Assembly: GCA_033875315.1 (NCBI GenBank)
Contig: JANRJG010000012.1
Coordinates: 493 to 64,492 of the forward strand
Direction: 5' to 3'
DNA length: 64,000 nucleotides
Source of the DNA: Candidatus Methylacidiphilales bacterium
GTDB lineage: Bacteria; Verrucomicrobiota; Verrucomicrobiia; Methylacidiphilales; CAZTYG01
In this document: in pieces, positions 35,469 through 43,883 of the stretch
Position numbering within the stretch: position 1 is the stretch's first letter
Layout of the letters: each line of letters starts with the position of its first letter
The notes under the pieces: model-generated
Database searches by the model: none
What the model was told of the DNA's origin: nothing
What the model saw: the letters and a program-made list of their open reading frames with translations, nothing else
Translations under genes and position numbers: made by a program

Positions 35469-37295
35469 ATGAAAACCATGTCCCCTTTGGAAGAACTGCG
35501 CCACTCCTGCTCCCATGTGCTGGCGACGGCGGTCCTTCGCCTCTTCCCCCAGGCCCAATTGGACATCGGCCCCCCCACCGACCAGGGCTTTTACTACGAC
35601 ATCGACCTCGACCACAAATTCACCGCCGAGGACCTGGAAAAGCTCGAGGTGGAAATGAAGAAGATCGCGGGCGAGAACCAGCGCTTCGAGCGCCTGGAGT
35701 GTTCGCGCGAAGAAGCGGTGGCCAAAATCAAGGCCTTCGGACAGGAACGCTACAAACTCGGACGCCTGGCCGACATCCCGGAAGGCGAGGCCATTTCCTT
35801 CTACAAGAACGGCGAATTCCTCGACCTCTGCGCCGGCACCCATGTCAATTACACCAGCAAGCTCAAGGCCTTCAAATTGCTGTCCGTGGCCGGTGCCTAT
35901 CATCGTGGTGATGAAAAGAACAAGCAGCTCCAGCGCATCTACGGCACCGCCTTTCCCAGCAAGGACGAACTGGCGGCCTACCTGGAGCAGCAGGAACAGG
36001 CCAAACAACGGGACCACCGCCGGCTGGGCCGCGAACTCCAGTTGTTCCACATCGACGAGGCCGTGGGGCAGGGGCTGGTCCTCTGGACGCCCAAGGGCGG
36101 GATCATCCGCAACGAATTGCAGCAGTTCATCTCCGGGGAACTGAACAAGCAGGGCTATTCCCAGGTCTTCACCCCGCACATCGGCAAGCTGGGACTCTTC
36201 CGCACCTCCGGGCACTTCCCCTATTACCGGGATTCGCAATTCCCCCCGCTGGTGGAAAAAGACACCCTCCAAAAACTGAGCGACGACGGATGCCACTGTT
36301 CCGAACTGACGAACCTCCTCGATAAGGGCGAAGTCGACGGCTACCTGCTCAAGCCGATGAACTGCCCGTTCCACATCAAGATTTTCGATTCCCAACCGCG
36401 TTCCTACCGTGACCTGCCGGTGCGGCTGGCGGAGTTCGGCACGGTCTACCGCTGGGAACAATCGGGCGAACTCGGCGGCATGACCCGGGTGCGCGGCTTC
36501 ACCCAGGACGACGCGCACATCTTCTGCACCGAGGAACAGGTCTCGCAGGAAATCCAGGGATGTCTCTCCTTGGTCAAGACCGTCCTGGCCACCCTGGGCA
36601 TCGGGGATTACCGCGTGCGCATCGGTTTGCGCGACCCGGACTCGAGCAAATTCACCGGAGATCCGGCCAGTTGGGACAAGGCCGAGGCCGCCTGCCGCGA
36701 GGCCGCCAAGACCTTGGGCGTGCCCTACTCGGAGGAGGCGGGCGAGGCCGCGTTCTACGGGCCCAAGATCGACTTCGTGGTCAAGGACGTCATCGGCCGC
36801 GAATGGCAGCTCGGCACCGTGCAGGTGGACTACAACCTGCCCGTACGCTTCGATTTGAACTACATCGGGGCCGACAACCACAAGCACCGCCCGGTCATGA
36901 TCCACCGCGCGCCCTTCGGTTCGATGGAGCGTTTCTGCGGCGTGCTCATCGAGCACTTCTCCGGCGCCTTCCCGCTCTGGCTCTCACCCGAGCAGATCCG
37001 CCTGATCCCGATCACCGACGACCAGTTGCCCTTTGCCCGGCAGTTGGAGGAGCAATTGCGTGCGGCCGGGTTCCGGGTGCACAACGACGAACAGCCCGAC
37101 AAGATGGGGGCCAAGATCCGCCGGGCCCAGCTCGACAAGGTTCCCTATATGCTGGTCATCGGCAAGCGCGAGGCCGAGGCCGGGCAGGTGGCGGTGCGTT
37201 CCCGCTGGAAGGGCGACGAAGGCGCCATGCCCTTTGCCGACTTCCTGCAGCGGGCCAAAACCGAACTGGCCACCAAAGCGCTGGCTCCGGTTTGA
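35469..37295 (+). CDS. thrS: Threonine--tRNA ligase lacking the N-terminal TGS domain
   Basis: The protein starts directly in the editing (N2) domain, with RHSCSHVLA within the first 20 residues. Class II motifs are present (KPMNCPFH, FTQDDAHIF, GTVQVDYNLP) and an anticodon-binding domain follows. The start is either the ATG at 35469 or the TTG at 35460. Confidence 0.95.
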   Translation: MKTMSPLEELRHSCSHVLATAVLRLFPQAQLDIGPPTDQGFYYDIDLDHKFTAEDLEKLEVEMKKIAGENQRFERLECSREEAVAKIKAFGQERYKLGRLADIPEGEAISFYKNGEFLDLCAGTHVNYTSKLKAFKLLSVAGAYHRGDEKNKQLQRIYGTAFPSKDELAAYLEQQEQAKQRDHRRLGRELQLFHIDEAVGQGLVLWTPKGGIIRNELQQFISGELNKQGYSQVFTPHIGKLGLFRTSGHFPYYRDSQFPPLVEKDTLQKLSDDGCHCSELTNLLDKGEVDGYLLKPMNCPFHIKIFDSQPRSYRDLPVRLAEFGTVYRWEQSGELGGMTRVRGFTQDDAHIFCTEEQVSQEIQGCLSLVKTVLATLGIGDYRVRIGLRDPDSSKFTGDPASWDKAEAACREAAKTLGVPYSEEAGEAAFYGPKIDFVVKDVIGREWQLGTVQVDYNLPVRFDLNYIGADNHKHRPVMIHRAPFGSMERFCGVLIEHFSGAFPLWLSPEQIRLIPITDDQLPFARQLEEQLRAAGFRVHNDEQPDKMGAKIRRAQLDKVPYMLVIGKREAEAGQVAVRSRWKGDEGAMPFADFLQRAKTELATKALAPV

Positions 37296-37305
37296 TTGGT
37301 TTGGG

Positions 37306-37410
37306 TGATCTGCTATCTGCTGTCGGCTATCAGCTGTCAGCTATCGGCTATCAAACAGTGGACGGATCTGGATCAAATCATCAATCCGCAATCATCCATC
37401 AACAATCTTT
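37306..37410. repeat. Heptanucleotide-periodic tract (GCTATCT GCTGTCG GCTATCA GCTGTCA GCTATCG GCTATCA ... ATCATCA ATCCGCA ATCATCC ATCAACA)
   Basis: It starts 10 nt after the thrS stop. Related tracts are at 38600-38760, 62838-62880 and 63718-63782, and the 13-mer GCAATCATCCATC is shared with 62846-62858. Confidence 0.75.
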
Positions 37411-37697
37411 CCTCCCCTCCTGTAGACGGGGGAATCCTTTCCCCGTTCAGGTTTCCGTCCCTCCTGCAACGGAAATTCGACATGTCCACCTTAGGACCAT
37501 CGGTCTGCGCACCCAGAAACACGATCCGGCTTCGTCTGTCCATGGCGAGACGAGTCTGTGTCCCTCTGTTAAGAGGTGCTAACTGGCAACGTGCAAGGAA
37601 TAGAACCCATCAAGAACCATGGGTGGAACGCCACTTGGATTGATTCAATTTTCAAGGGCTGCACCCATGCGCCTTTGATGATGCACTCATTGATGCT

Positions 37698-38522
37698 TCA
37701 GTGGAGATTTGGCCTTTGATAGGTTTTCCCGAGGGAGTTGAGTTTTCCTTCGTTGTCACAGAGATTGGAACCCGCTAAGGCGCCTTCATCTCCATGCGGG
37801 TTGGGGGGTAATGCAAACCATGCATAGCGTTCGACAAACGGCAGGCTTTCAAGCATGGGGAGCACTGCTTCCATATAGGCCCGCTGTTGATCAGGATGAG
37901 CGGGGGTCTTCCAGTTGGATAAAGCAAATTCTGTCAGCCAAATGGGTTTATTATACAATCCATAAACGCTCTCAAGGAATGCTTTGAGTTTTTTGCTTCC
38001 CTCTATAGGGTCCGAAAAATTGCTTTCGTAATAATGAACACAAACAAAATCGATCCGATAGCCCCTTTCCATGCTCTGCCTCATGAACTGTCCAAACCAG
38101 CTATCCTTCTTGTCAGCGCCGCCAGCAGTAGAGGGACTGCCCAGCCGCATTCCCGTTGCCTCCAATTGGGGCCACAACTTTAATGCCAGCTCAACAGACA
38201 TATTTGCTTGTTTCAAGTGATCTGGCTCATTGAAACCCAAAAGTATAGTCCCGTGTTTCTTGGCTTCTTTGAGTGCAGAATCCTGAACGTCCTTCTCGTC
38301 CCAAATCATCGGCACAAATTCGATTTCGGCTCGGAGATCCGCAGGAGCCTCATTTTGCCAATTATAACACCATGAGGCGCCCAGCTCGTTCAGGCCAATC
38401 CCGGCACCCTTGAAGCTCCAGAAACCAATGCCTTGTTTTTGAGAACCGCCTGCCTTTAGCGACACGATGATAGAAAGAAAGCAGACTACTCCAAGCAGAA
38501 GCTTCTGAACGGAAGTGCTCAT
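37698..38522 (-). CDS. Secreted glycoside hydrolase, GH128 / Glyco_hydro_cc-like (putative beta-1,3-glucanase)
   Basis: 274 aa with a signal peptide. The motifs WCYNW, LGFNEPD and IWLTEFA fit the (beta/alpha)8 Glyco_hydro_cc family. GC content is markedly lower than in the neighbouring genes. Confidence 0.65.
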   Translation of the reverse strand: MSTSVQKLLLGVVCFLSIIVSLKAGGSQKQGIGFWSFKGAGIGLNELGASWCYNWQNEAPADLRAEIEFVPMIWDEKDVQDSALKEAKKHGTILLGFNEPDHLKQANMSVELALKLWPQLEATGMRLGSPSTAGGADKKDSWFGQFMRQSMERGYRIDFVCVHYYESNFSDPIEGSKKLKAFLESVYGLYNKPIWLTEFALSNWKTPAHPDQQRAYMEAVLPMLESLPFVERYAWFALPPNPHGDEGALAGSNLCDNEGKLNSLGKTYQRPNLH

Positions 38523-38599
38523 ATATTTATGGTCGAGTCATGATTGCTGCAACTTGACGGTTGAGGCGAGTGGAAAGATGCAAGCTGGTAGACGAAAAG

Positions 38600-38760
38600 G
38601 AATTCGGATTCAGGATCAAGGGAGTCTGAGGAAGGGGGGCGGACCCGCCCACGCTAGAAGCTATGGCGCGGCCTGCGCTTCGCTACGGAGGGGAGGGCTG
38701 AATGAATTCAGGATTCAGGATCTGGGATCTCTGACAGCCGAAAGCCGAAAGCTGATAGAA
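38600..38760. repeat. Composite repeat: GAATTCNGGATTCAGGATC direct repeats (38600-17, 38704-22) flanking a gctatggcg..gcttcgctacgg unit, followed by a heptamer tract (GATCTGG GATCTCT GACAGCC GAAAGCC GAAAGCT)
   Basis: Seen directly in the sequence. A unit containing gcttcgctacgg also occurs at 43741-43790, and a gctatggcgg unit at about 42195-42240. Confidence 0.7.
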
Positions 38761-38773
38761 TATCTCTTCTCGC

Positions 38774-40075
38774 TCAATCCCGACCGACGAACGTTTTTTC
38801 CCCTTCGAGGCGGGCGATCATCAGGGCGCCACAGCTGTCACCGAAGACATTCAGGGTCGTACGGGCCATGTCGAGGATGCGGTCGAAGACCAAGAGCACG
38901 CCCACGGCTTCGACGGGCAAGTGGAGGGCCTGGAGGATGACCATGATGGCGACCAGGCTGGCCGAGGGGATGCCGGCCATCCCGAAACCGGTCAGCAGGG
39001 CCATCAGGACCACCAAGGCCTGCTGGGCCAGGGAGAGGTCGACCCCGGCGAGCTGGGCGATGAAGAGCACGGCCACACATTCGTAGAGGGCGGTGCCATC
39101 GGTGTTGATGGAAGCCCCGATGGGGATGACGAAGCTGATGGTTTTCCGACTGACACCTGACCGGTGCTCCAAGCAATCCATCGAGACGGGCAGGGCGGCG
39201 TTGGAGGAACTGGTGGAAAAGGCAGTCAGGAGGGCGGGCCCCATGGCGCGATAGTGGGCCCAGGGGTTGACGCGGGCGATAAAGCGGAGGAGGAGCGGCA
39301 AGGTGACCAGGCCGTGGATGAGCAGGGCGGCGAGCACGGTGCCCCCGAATAGGGCCAGGCTGAGCACATCGGCGGGCGTGGTGGTGGAGGAAACCTTGGC
39401 CACCAGTCCGAAGACCCCAATCGGGGCAAACTTCAAAACCCACTCGGTGAGCAGAATCATGATCTCGTAAACGCCGCGGGCGAAAGCCAGAACGGGGGTG
39501 GATAGCTCCTCCGGGAGCTTGGTCGAAAAGTAGCCGAAGAGCATGCCGAAGAAGATCAGGCCGATGAGCTGGCCGTTGTCGCGGGCGGCTTCCAAGAGGT
39601 TGGGCGGGACCATGCGCAGGAAGACGGTGACGAAGTCGGCGCCCGAAGCCGTACCGAGCGACTGCACGACCTGTTCGCCGGCGGTGGAACCGAGCAGGCG
39701 CTGGGCGGTGGCGGGATCGACGCGGCCGGGGCCGAGGAGGTTGACCAGGAGCAGTCCGGTGACGATGGCCAGGGTGCCGGTGCCGAGGTAGTAGGCCAGG
39801 GTGCGCCAGCCGAGCCGCGAAAAGGAGTGATCGCGGGCCAGTCCGGCCACGCCACTGATCACCGCCGAAAAGACCAGGGGAACGATGAGCATTTGCAGGG
39901 CACGGAGAAAAAGCGAACCGAGGAAGGCGTAGGCTTCGACCAAGGATATCCCACCGATGCCGCCAAAACCAAAGGTGCTGCCCCCGACGCCCAGGCGGGT
40001 CAATTGGCCGCAGCCGATGCCGAGGAGGATGGCGAGGGCAATGGGCCAATGGGCCGGGGCGGTGGGCTTTTTCAT
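38774..40075 (-). CDS. Dicarboxylate/amino acid:cation symporter (DAACS family)
   Basis: 433 aa, polytopic, with the SINTDGTALYE and AGIPSA reentrant-loop motifs typical of GltP/DctA/SstT-type carriers. Confidence 0.85.
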   Translation of the reverse strand: MKKPTAPAHWPIALAILLGIGCGQLTRLGVGGSTFGFGGIGGISLVEAYAFLGSLFLRALQMLIVPLVFSAVISGVAGLARDHSFSRLGWRTLAYYLGTGTLAIVTGLLLVNLLGPGRVDPATAQRLLGSTAGEQVVQSLGTASGADFVTVFLRMVPPNLLEAARDNGQLIGLIFFGMLFGYFSTKLPEELSTPVLAFARGVYEIMILLTEWVLKFAPIGVFGLVAKVSSTTTPADVLSLALFGGTVLAALLIHGLVTLPLLLRFIARVNPWAHYRAMGPALLTAFSTSSSNAALPVSMDCLEHRSGVSRKTISFVIPIGASINTDGTALYECVAVLFIAQLAGVDLSLAQQALVVLMALLTGFGMAGIPSASLVAIMVILQALHLPVEAVGVLLVFDRILDMARTTLNVFGDSCGALMIARLEGEKTFVGRD

Positions 40076-40935
40076 GAGGGCAGGATTTCCAGGCTGAAGT
40101 CGAGGGCGGTGGCGGAATGGGTCAGGGCTCCGACGGAAATGAAGTCGACCCCGGTGGCGGCCACCTCGGGGATGCGGTCCAGGGTCATGTTCCCGGAAGC
40201 TTCCAACTCGCAGCGACCTGCCGTTAGGGCTACGGCTTCGCGGAGGGTGGGGGTGCCCATGTTGTCGAGGAGAATACGGTTGAGGTCGAGGTCGAGCGTG
40301 GCGAGGAGGCCGACTTGCTCAAGAGTGTCGGCCTCGACGGTGAGGTGGGCGTCGGGTTGGAAGGCGCGGGCCCGGCGGACGGCCTCGGCCAGGCCTCCGG
40401 GTCCATTCATCAGGGCAACGTGGTTGTCCTTGATCATGAAGGCATCGTAGAGGCCCATGCGGTGGTTGTGACCGCCACCGCAGCGTACGGCATACTTTTC
40501 CAGGGCACGCAGGCCGGGCAGGGTCTTGCGGGTATCGAGGATGCGGCAAGACGTTCCGGCGGTGGCGTCGACGAAGCGGCGGGTGAAGGTGGCGATACCG
40601 GAGAGGTGTTGGAGGAAGTTGAGGGCGGTGCGTTCCCCGGTGAGGATGGCGGCGGCGGGACCTGCGATTTCCAGCACGGTGTCGCCGGCAGCAAGGGGGG
40701 AGCCGTCCGTCGTCCGTGCGGTCAAGCGGAGACCGGAGTGGACTTCGCGGAAAACGGTTTCGGCCACGACGAGGCCGGAGAGGGTTCCGGGTTGTTTGGC
40801 GAAGATGCGGGCCCGGGCGGTGCGTGCGGGGTCGACGACGGCGAGGGAGGTGATGTCGGCCGGGCCCAGGTCTTCGCCAAGGCCGCGGGCGGCGGCCTCG
40901 CGGAGGATGGCGCTGTCGGGCGGGGGGACGGTCAT
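40072..40935 (-). CDS. nadC: Nicotinate-nucleotide pyrophosphorylase (carboxylating)
   Basis: The ATG at 40935 gives GPADITS, ILDTRKTLPGLR, KYAVRCGGG.NHR, IEVE-type TVEADTL and SVGALTHS. The stop overlaps the DAACS start (ATGA). Confidence 0.9.
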   Translation of the reverse strand: MTVPPPDSAILREAAARGLGEDLGPADITSLAVVDPARTARARIFAKQPGTLSGLVVAETVFREVHSGLRLTARTTDGSPLAAGDTVLEIAGPAAAILTGERTALNFLQHLSGIATFTRRFVDATAGTSCRILDTRKTLPGLRALEKYAVRCGGGHNHRMGLYDAFMIKDNHVALMNGPGGLAEAVRRARAFQPDAHLTVEADTLEQVGLLATLDLDLNRILLDNMGTPTLREAVALTAGRCELEASGNMTLDRIPEVAATGVDFISVGALTHSATALDFSLEILPS

Positions 40936-41014
40936 GGGGGCGAGGATAAGAGGCGGGAGGTAGAATGGCAACCCGGCAGGGAGAGGGAGTGAAAAGGTGA
41001 GATCTCGACAGGGG

Positions 41015-41061
41015 GAGAGAACGAGAAGGAGTAAGAGTGCGAAAACGAGGTGGTGATCAAA
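41015..41061. repeat. Family B element, partial copy 3
   Basis: GAGAGAACGAGAAGGAGTAAGAGTGCGAAAACGAGGTGGTGATCAAAC aligns with the right arm of copy 1. Confidence 0.65.
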
Positions 41062-41113
41062 CAGGAAGTGCTCGGGGCTTGGAATGCGGGTCGGGGTCCT
41101 CTAGGTTTTTCCG

Positions 41114-42109
41114 ATGATCCTGCCGGTGGATGAGTCGTCGATGGCCCGGGCGGTGGCAGCCCTGCGGGCGGGGGCATGCATCGGGTTGCCGACGGAAACG
41201 GTCTACGGCCTGGCCGGCGACGGATTCAACCCGCAGGCGGTGGCGCGCATCTTTGAAATCAAGCAGCGGCCCACCTTTGACCCCCTGATCCTGCATGTGC
41301 CGGATGCGGCCGGATTGGAACGGGTGGCGGCGGACGTTCCGCCCCTGGCGCTGAAACTCATGGCGCGATTCTGGCCCGGGCCGCTGACTTTGGTCCTGCC
41401 GCGACGTCCGGAGGTGCCGGATTTGGTCACCTCGGGCATGGACACGGTAGCGGTTCGCTGTCCGGCGCACCCGGTCGCGCAGCAGGTGCTGCGTGCGTTT
41501 GGCGGCCCGCTGGCCGCCCCCAGTGCCAATCCCTTCGGGCGGCTCAGTCCGACCACGGCGGAGGCGGTGGAAACGGAGTTAGGGAACGACCTGGCACTGG
41601 TGCTGGATGGCGGGGCCTGTATCCGGGGGATTGAATCGACCATCATCGATTGCACGGGAACCCGTCCGGTTTTGTTGCGTCATGGGGCGATTGCCCAGGA
41701 GGAGATTGAGGAAGTGACCGGGCCATTGGAACTGGCCACGGCGGGGGAGGCGATCAAGGCCCCGGGATTGCTGGCCCACCACTACGCGCCGCGCACGCCG
41801 CTGTGGTTGGTGGAGGGTAGACTGAAAGATCGGGGGCCGTTTGACCGTGATTCGGCGCTGTTGGTCTGGCATGAGGCCCCGGCCCACGCGGGACCGGTTG
41901 CGGTGTTGACCCCTCACCAGGAACCTGCGGAAGCGGCTTCGCGGTTGTTCGCCCTCCTGCGCGAACTGGACGGATCCGGAGTGCGACGGATCATCGCCGA
42001 AGCGGTTCCCACGGCGGGTCTGGGGCGGGCGATCCAGGATCGCCTGGCCAAGGCCAGTGCCGGGCGATTGGTGGAACGCGAGGGAGTCTGGGTGGAAGAG
42101 CCGCGCTGA
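41114..42109 (+). CDS. L-threonylcarbamoyladenylate synthase (Sua5/TsaC, YrdC plus Sua5 C-domain)
   Basis: GLPTETVYGLAGD, IFEIKQRPTFDPLILHV, VAVRCPAHP, APSANPFG and a Sua5-type C-terminal domain of about 120 aa. Confidence 0.85.
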   Translation: MILPVDESSMARAVAALRAGACIGLPTETVYGLAGDGFNPQAVARIFEIKQRPTFDPLILHVPDAAGLERVAADVPPLALKLMARFWPGPLTLVLPRRPEVPDLVTSGMDTVAVRCPAHPVAQQVLRAFGGPLAAPSANPFGRLSPTTAEAVETELGNDLALVLDGGACIRGIESTIIDCTGTRPVLLRHGAIAQEEIEEVTGPLELATAGEAIKAPGLLAHHYAPRTPLWLVEGRLKDRGPFDRDSALLVWHEAPAHAGPVAVLTPHQEPAEAASRLFALLRELDGSGVRRIIAEAVPTAGLGRAIQDRLAKASAGRLVEREGVWVEEPR

Positions 42110-42444
42110 AATTGGACCTTGGGACAAGCCTTGGCGGATAAAGGCAGTTTAACTCGCGCGGAGTCGCGGAGGCGCAGAGAGGGGGGGCAGAGTTTTTCAG
42201 TCTTATCCGCCTTCGCCAAGGCTATGGCGGACAGGAGTATCAAGTTTCAAGTTGATTGACGTTCACTATCTCTCATCCTCCGCGTCTCAGCGCCTCTGCG
42301 CGAGAGTTGCCTTGGAAGGGGGCACCGGGGAAGGGATTCCCCGGCTACAGTGAGAAGGATGAAGACGCTTCCTCGCGCAGAGGGGGAGGGCGTTTTTTGT
42401 CAGGCTATAGAAAGACAGGAAAAGGGGTGGGTAGTCGAACAGGT

Positions 42445-42548
42445 GCCTTACGGGAGGGCGAAGCTCCCGCTGAGCCGCCCTTGGAAGCAAGACATCGAAC
42501 CGGCTCGGCCCAGAACACCTACGGGGGAGCCAGGAGCCTCGCCTATCG
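42445..42548. repeat. Family A hairpin element, copy 2
   Basis: GCCTTACGGGAGGGCGAAGCTCCCGCTGAGCCGCCCTTGGAA...CTACGGGGGAGCCAGGAGCCTCGCC. It sits inside a 500-bp intergenic repeat cluster (42110-42607). Confidence 0.8.
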
Positions 42549-42607
42549 TTGACCCTGTCGCACAGTCTATGCAATAGGGTAAAAAAAAAGTCAATCAGAC
42601 CACAAAC

Positions 42608-43291
42608 TCAGCGTTTGCCGTTGAGGACTTCGACGAGTTTTTTGGCGTAGGGAGGCGCGGAGACGCCGCCTTCGAGGATGTCGCGGACGCCTTTTCCGGA
42701 GCCGTAGGTGCGGGAGATGGCCTTGTTGTTGATGGAGAGGGAAGAGCCGCCGAAGACCGCACCTCCGTAGAGGCCTTCGGTGGATTGGAAGATCTTGATA
42801 TCGGAATCGTTGAGCAGGCCGCCCTCTTGTTCGCTCCGGTGGTCGCCGCCGACGGTACCGGTGGCGCTGGCACTCCAGCCGACCTTGCCGGGCTTGGTGA
42901 AGCGTTCGACCGCTCGGTCGCTGTTGAGCAGGACGATGGCCTTGGTGTTGGACCCGCCGATTTGGGCGCCGAAGGATCCGCCGCTGAAGCCGATGGGGAT
43001 GGGAGCGCTCCAATTGCGGGCGCCGAGGAAGCCACCGAGGCCGGACTTGATTTTGACGAGCACCACGCCGTCGCCGCCGATGCCGCCGACGACGAAGCCG
43101 CCCTTGGTGATGTCGATGATGGCGACACCCTTGGCTTCATCCAGTTCCTTCTGGGGGATGGGGGAGGCGGAGGATTGGCGACCCAGGAGGATCTCATGGG
43201 ACTGTTCGACGGTGGAGGGCAGGTCGGCCGCCTGAACGGCGGAAGTGGTGATGAGGCCCAGAAGGGCGGTGATTTTCAGGAGATGGTTCAT
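42608..43291 (-). CDS. SYLF (DUF500/Ysc84-like) lipid-binding domain protein, secreted
   Basis: 227 aa with a signal peptide (..SAVQA). The Gly-rich blocks GGFVVGGIGGDGVVLV and SFGAQIGGS are as in SYLF-domain proteins. Confidence 0.65.
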   Translation of the reverse strand: MNHLLKITALLGLITTSAVQAADLPSTVEQSHEILLGRQSSASPIPQKELDEAKGVAIIDITKGGFVVGGIGGDGVVLVKIKSGLGGFLGARNWSAPIPIGFSGGSFGAQIGGSNTKAIVLLNSDRAVERFTKPGKVGWSASATGTVGGDHRSEQEGGLLNDSDIKIFQSTEGLYGGAVFGGSSLSINNKAISRTYGSGKGVRDILEGGVSAPPYAKKLVEVLNGKR

Positions 43292-43435
43292 GGGAATGTT
43301 GGTGTTTTCGGGGTGATATGGGTTTATCGGGAGTATCGGGAATAAAAGGGGTCTCAGACGAGATTCAACGGAACAGACGGAATGGATTGCCGCCCGACAA
43401 AATCTGTTGAGTAGTCATTTTTGATATCAGGCCTG

Positions 43436-43690
43436 TCAGGTGAGGAGCCAGACCAGGGAACAGGAGGTGATTCCGGAAAGGAAGAGGAGTCCGAGGCAGC
43501 CGGCCTTGGCCGGTTCGAAGCGCGAAGGCTGGGACAAGCGGAGCTCTCTTTCGCGCTGGTCCATCGTGTCCTTGGCGTCTTTGAGGTCGCAGTGAACGTG
43601 GTCGCGGTAGATCTTGATGGCCTCGATTTTATGGCCGGCGAAGAGGGCGCGATCGATGGCGTCCTGTTGTTCGGGGGTTAACGAGGGCAT
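43436..43690 (-). CDS. Small tail-anchored protein with an L7/L12-C-terminal-like motif
   Basis: 84 aa. GHKIEAIKIYRDHVHCDLKDAKDTMD resembles the ribosomal L7/L12 CTD helix pair. The C-terminal GCLGLLFLSGITSCSLVWLL is a TM helix. Confidence 0.45.
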   Translation of the reverse strand: MPSLTPEQQDAIDRALFAGHKIEAIKIYRDHVHCDLKDAKDTMDQRERELRLSQPSRFEPAKAGCLGLLFLSGITSCSLVWLLT

Positions 43691-43798
43691 TCCTGATGAA
43701 TAGCATCCCCGGGCCTTAAAGCAATCCTTGGTGGAGGGAGGGCGTCCGCCTTCGCTTCGCTACGGGAGGGTGGAGGGCAGAGCGCGTTTCATCAGCAA

Positions 43799-43853
43799 AT
43801 CGTACTCGCACTCTTTCTCATTCTCGTTCTCACATGGATGGAGAGAACGAGGG
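43799..43853. repeat. Family B element, partial copy 4 (inverted orientation)
   Basis: ATCGTACTCGCACTCTTTCTCATTCTCGTTCTC-acatggatg-GAGAGAACGAGGG forms a hairpin with the same arm sequence as copy 1. Confidence 0.7.
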
Positions 43854-43883
43854 GGAATTGTTGCCGATTGAATGGAAAGCGTG

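Noticed and set aside
42256-42577. Three overlapping ORFs of 75-98 aa in the sua5/SYLF intergenic region
   Set aside because: They are composed entirely of repeat-unit translations (LSASARE, GEAPAEP, GRAKLPLSRPW). The same peptides arise wherever the repeats occur, so they are not genes.
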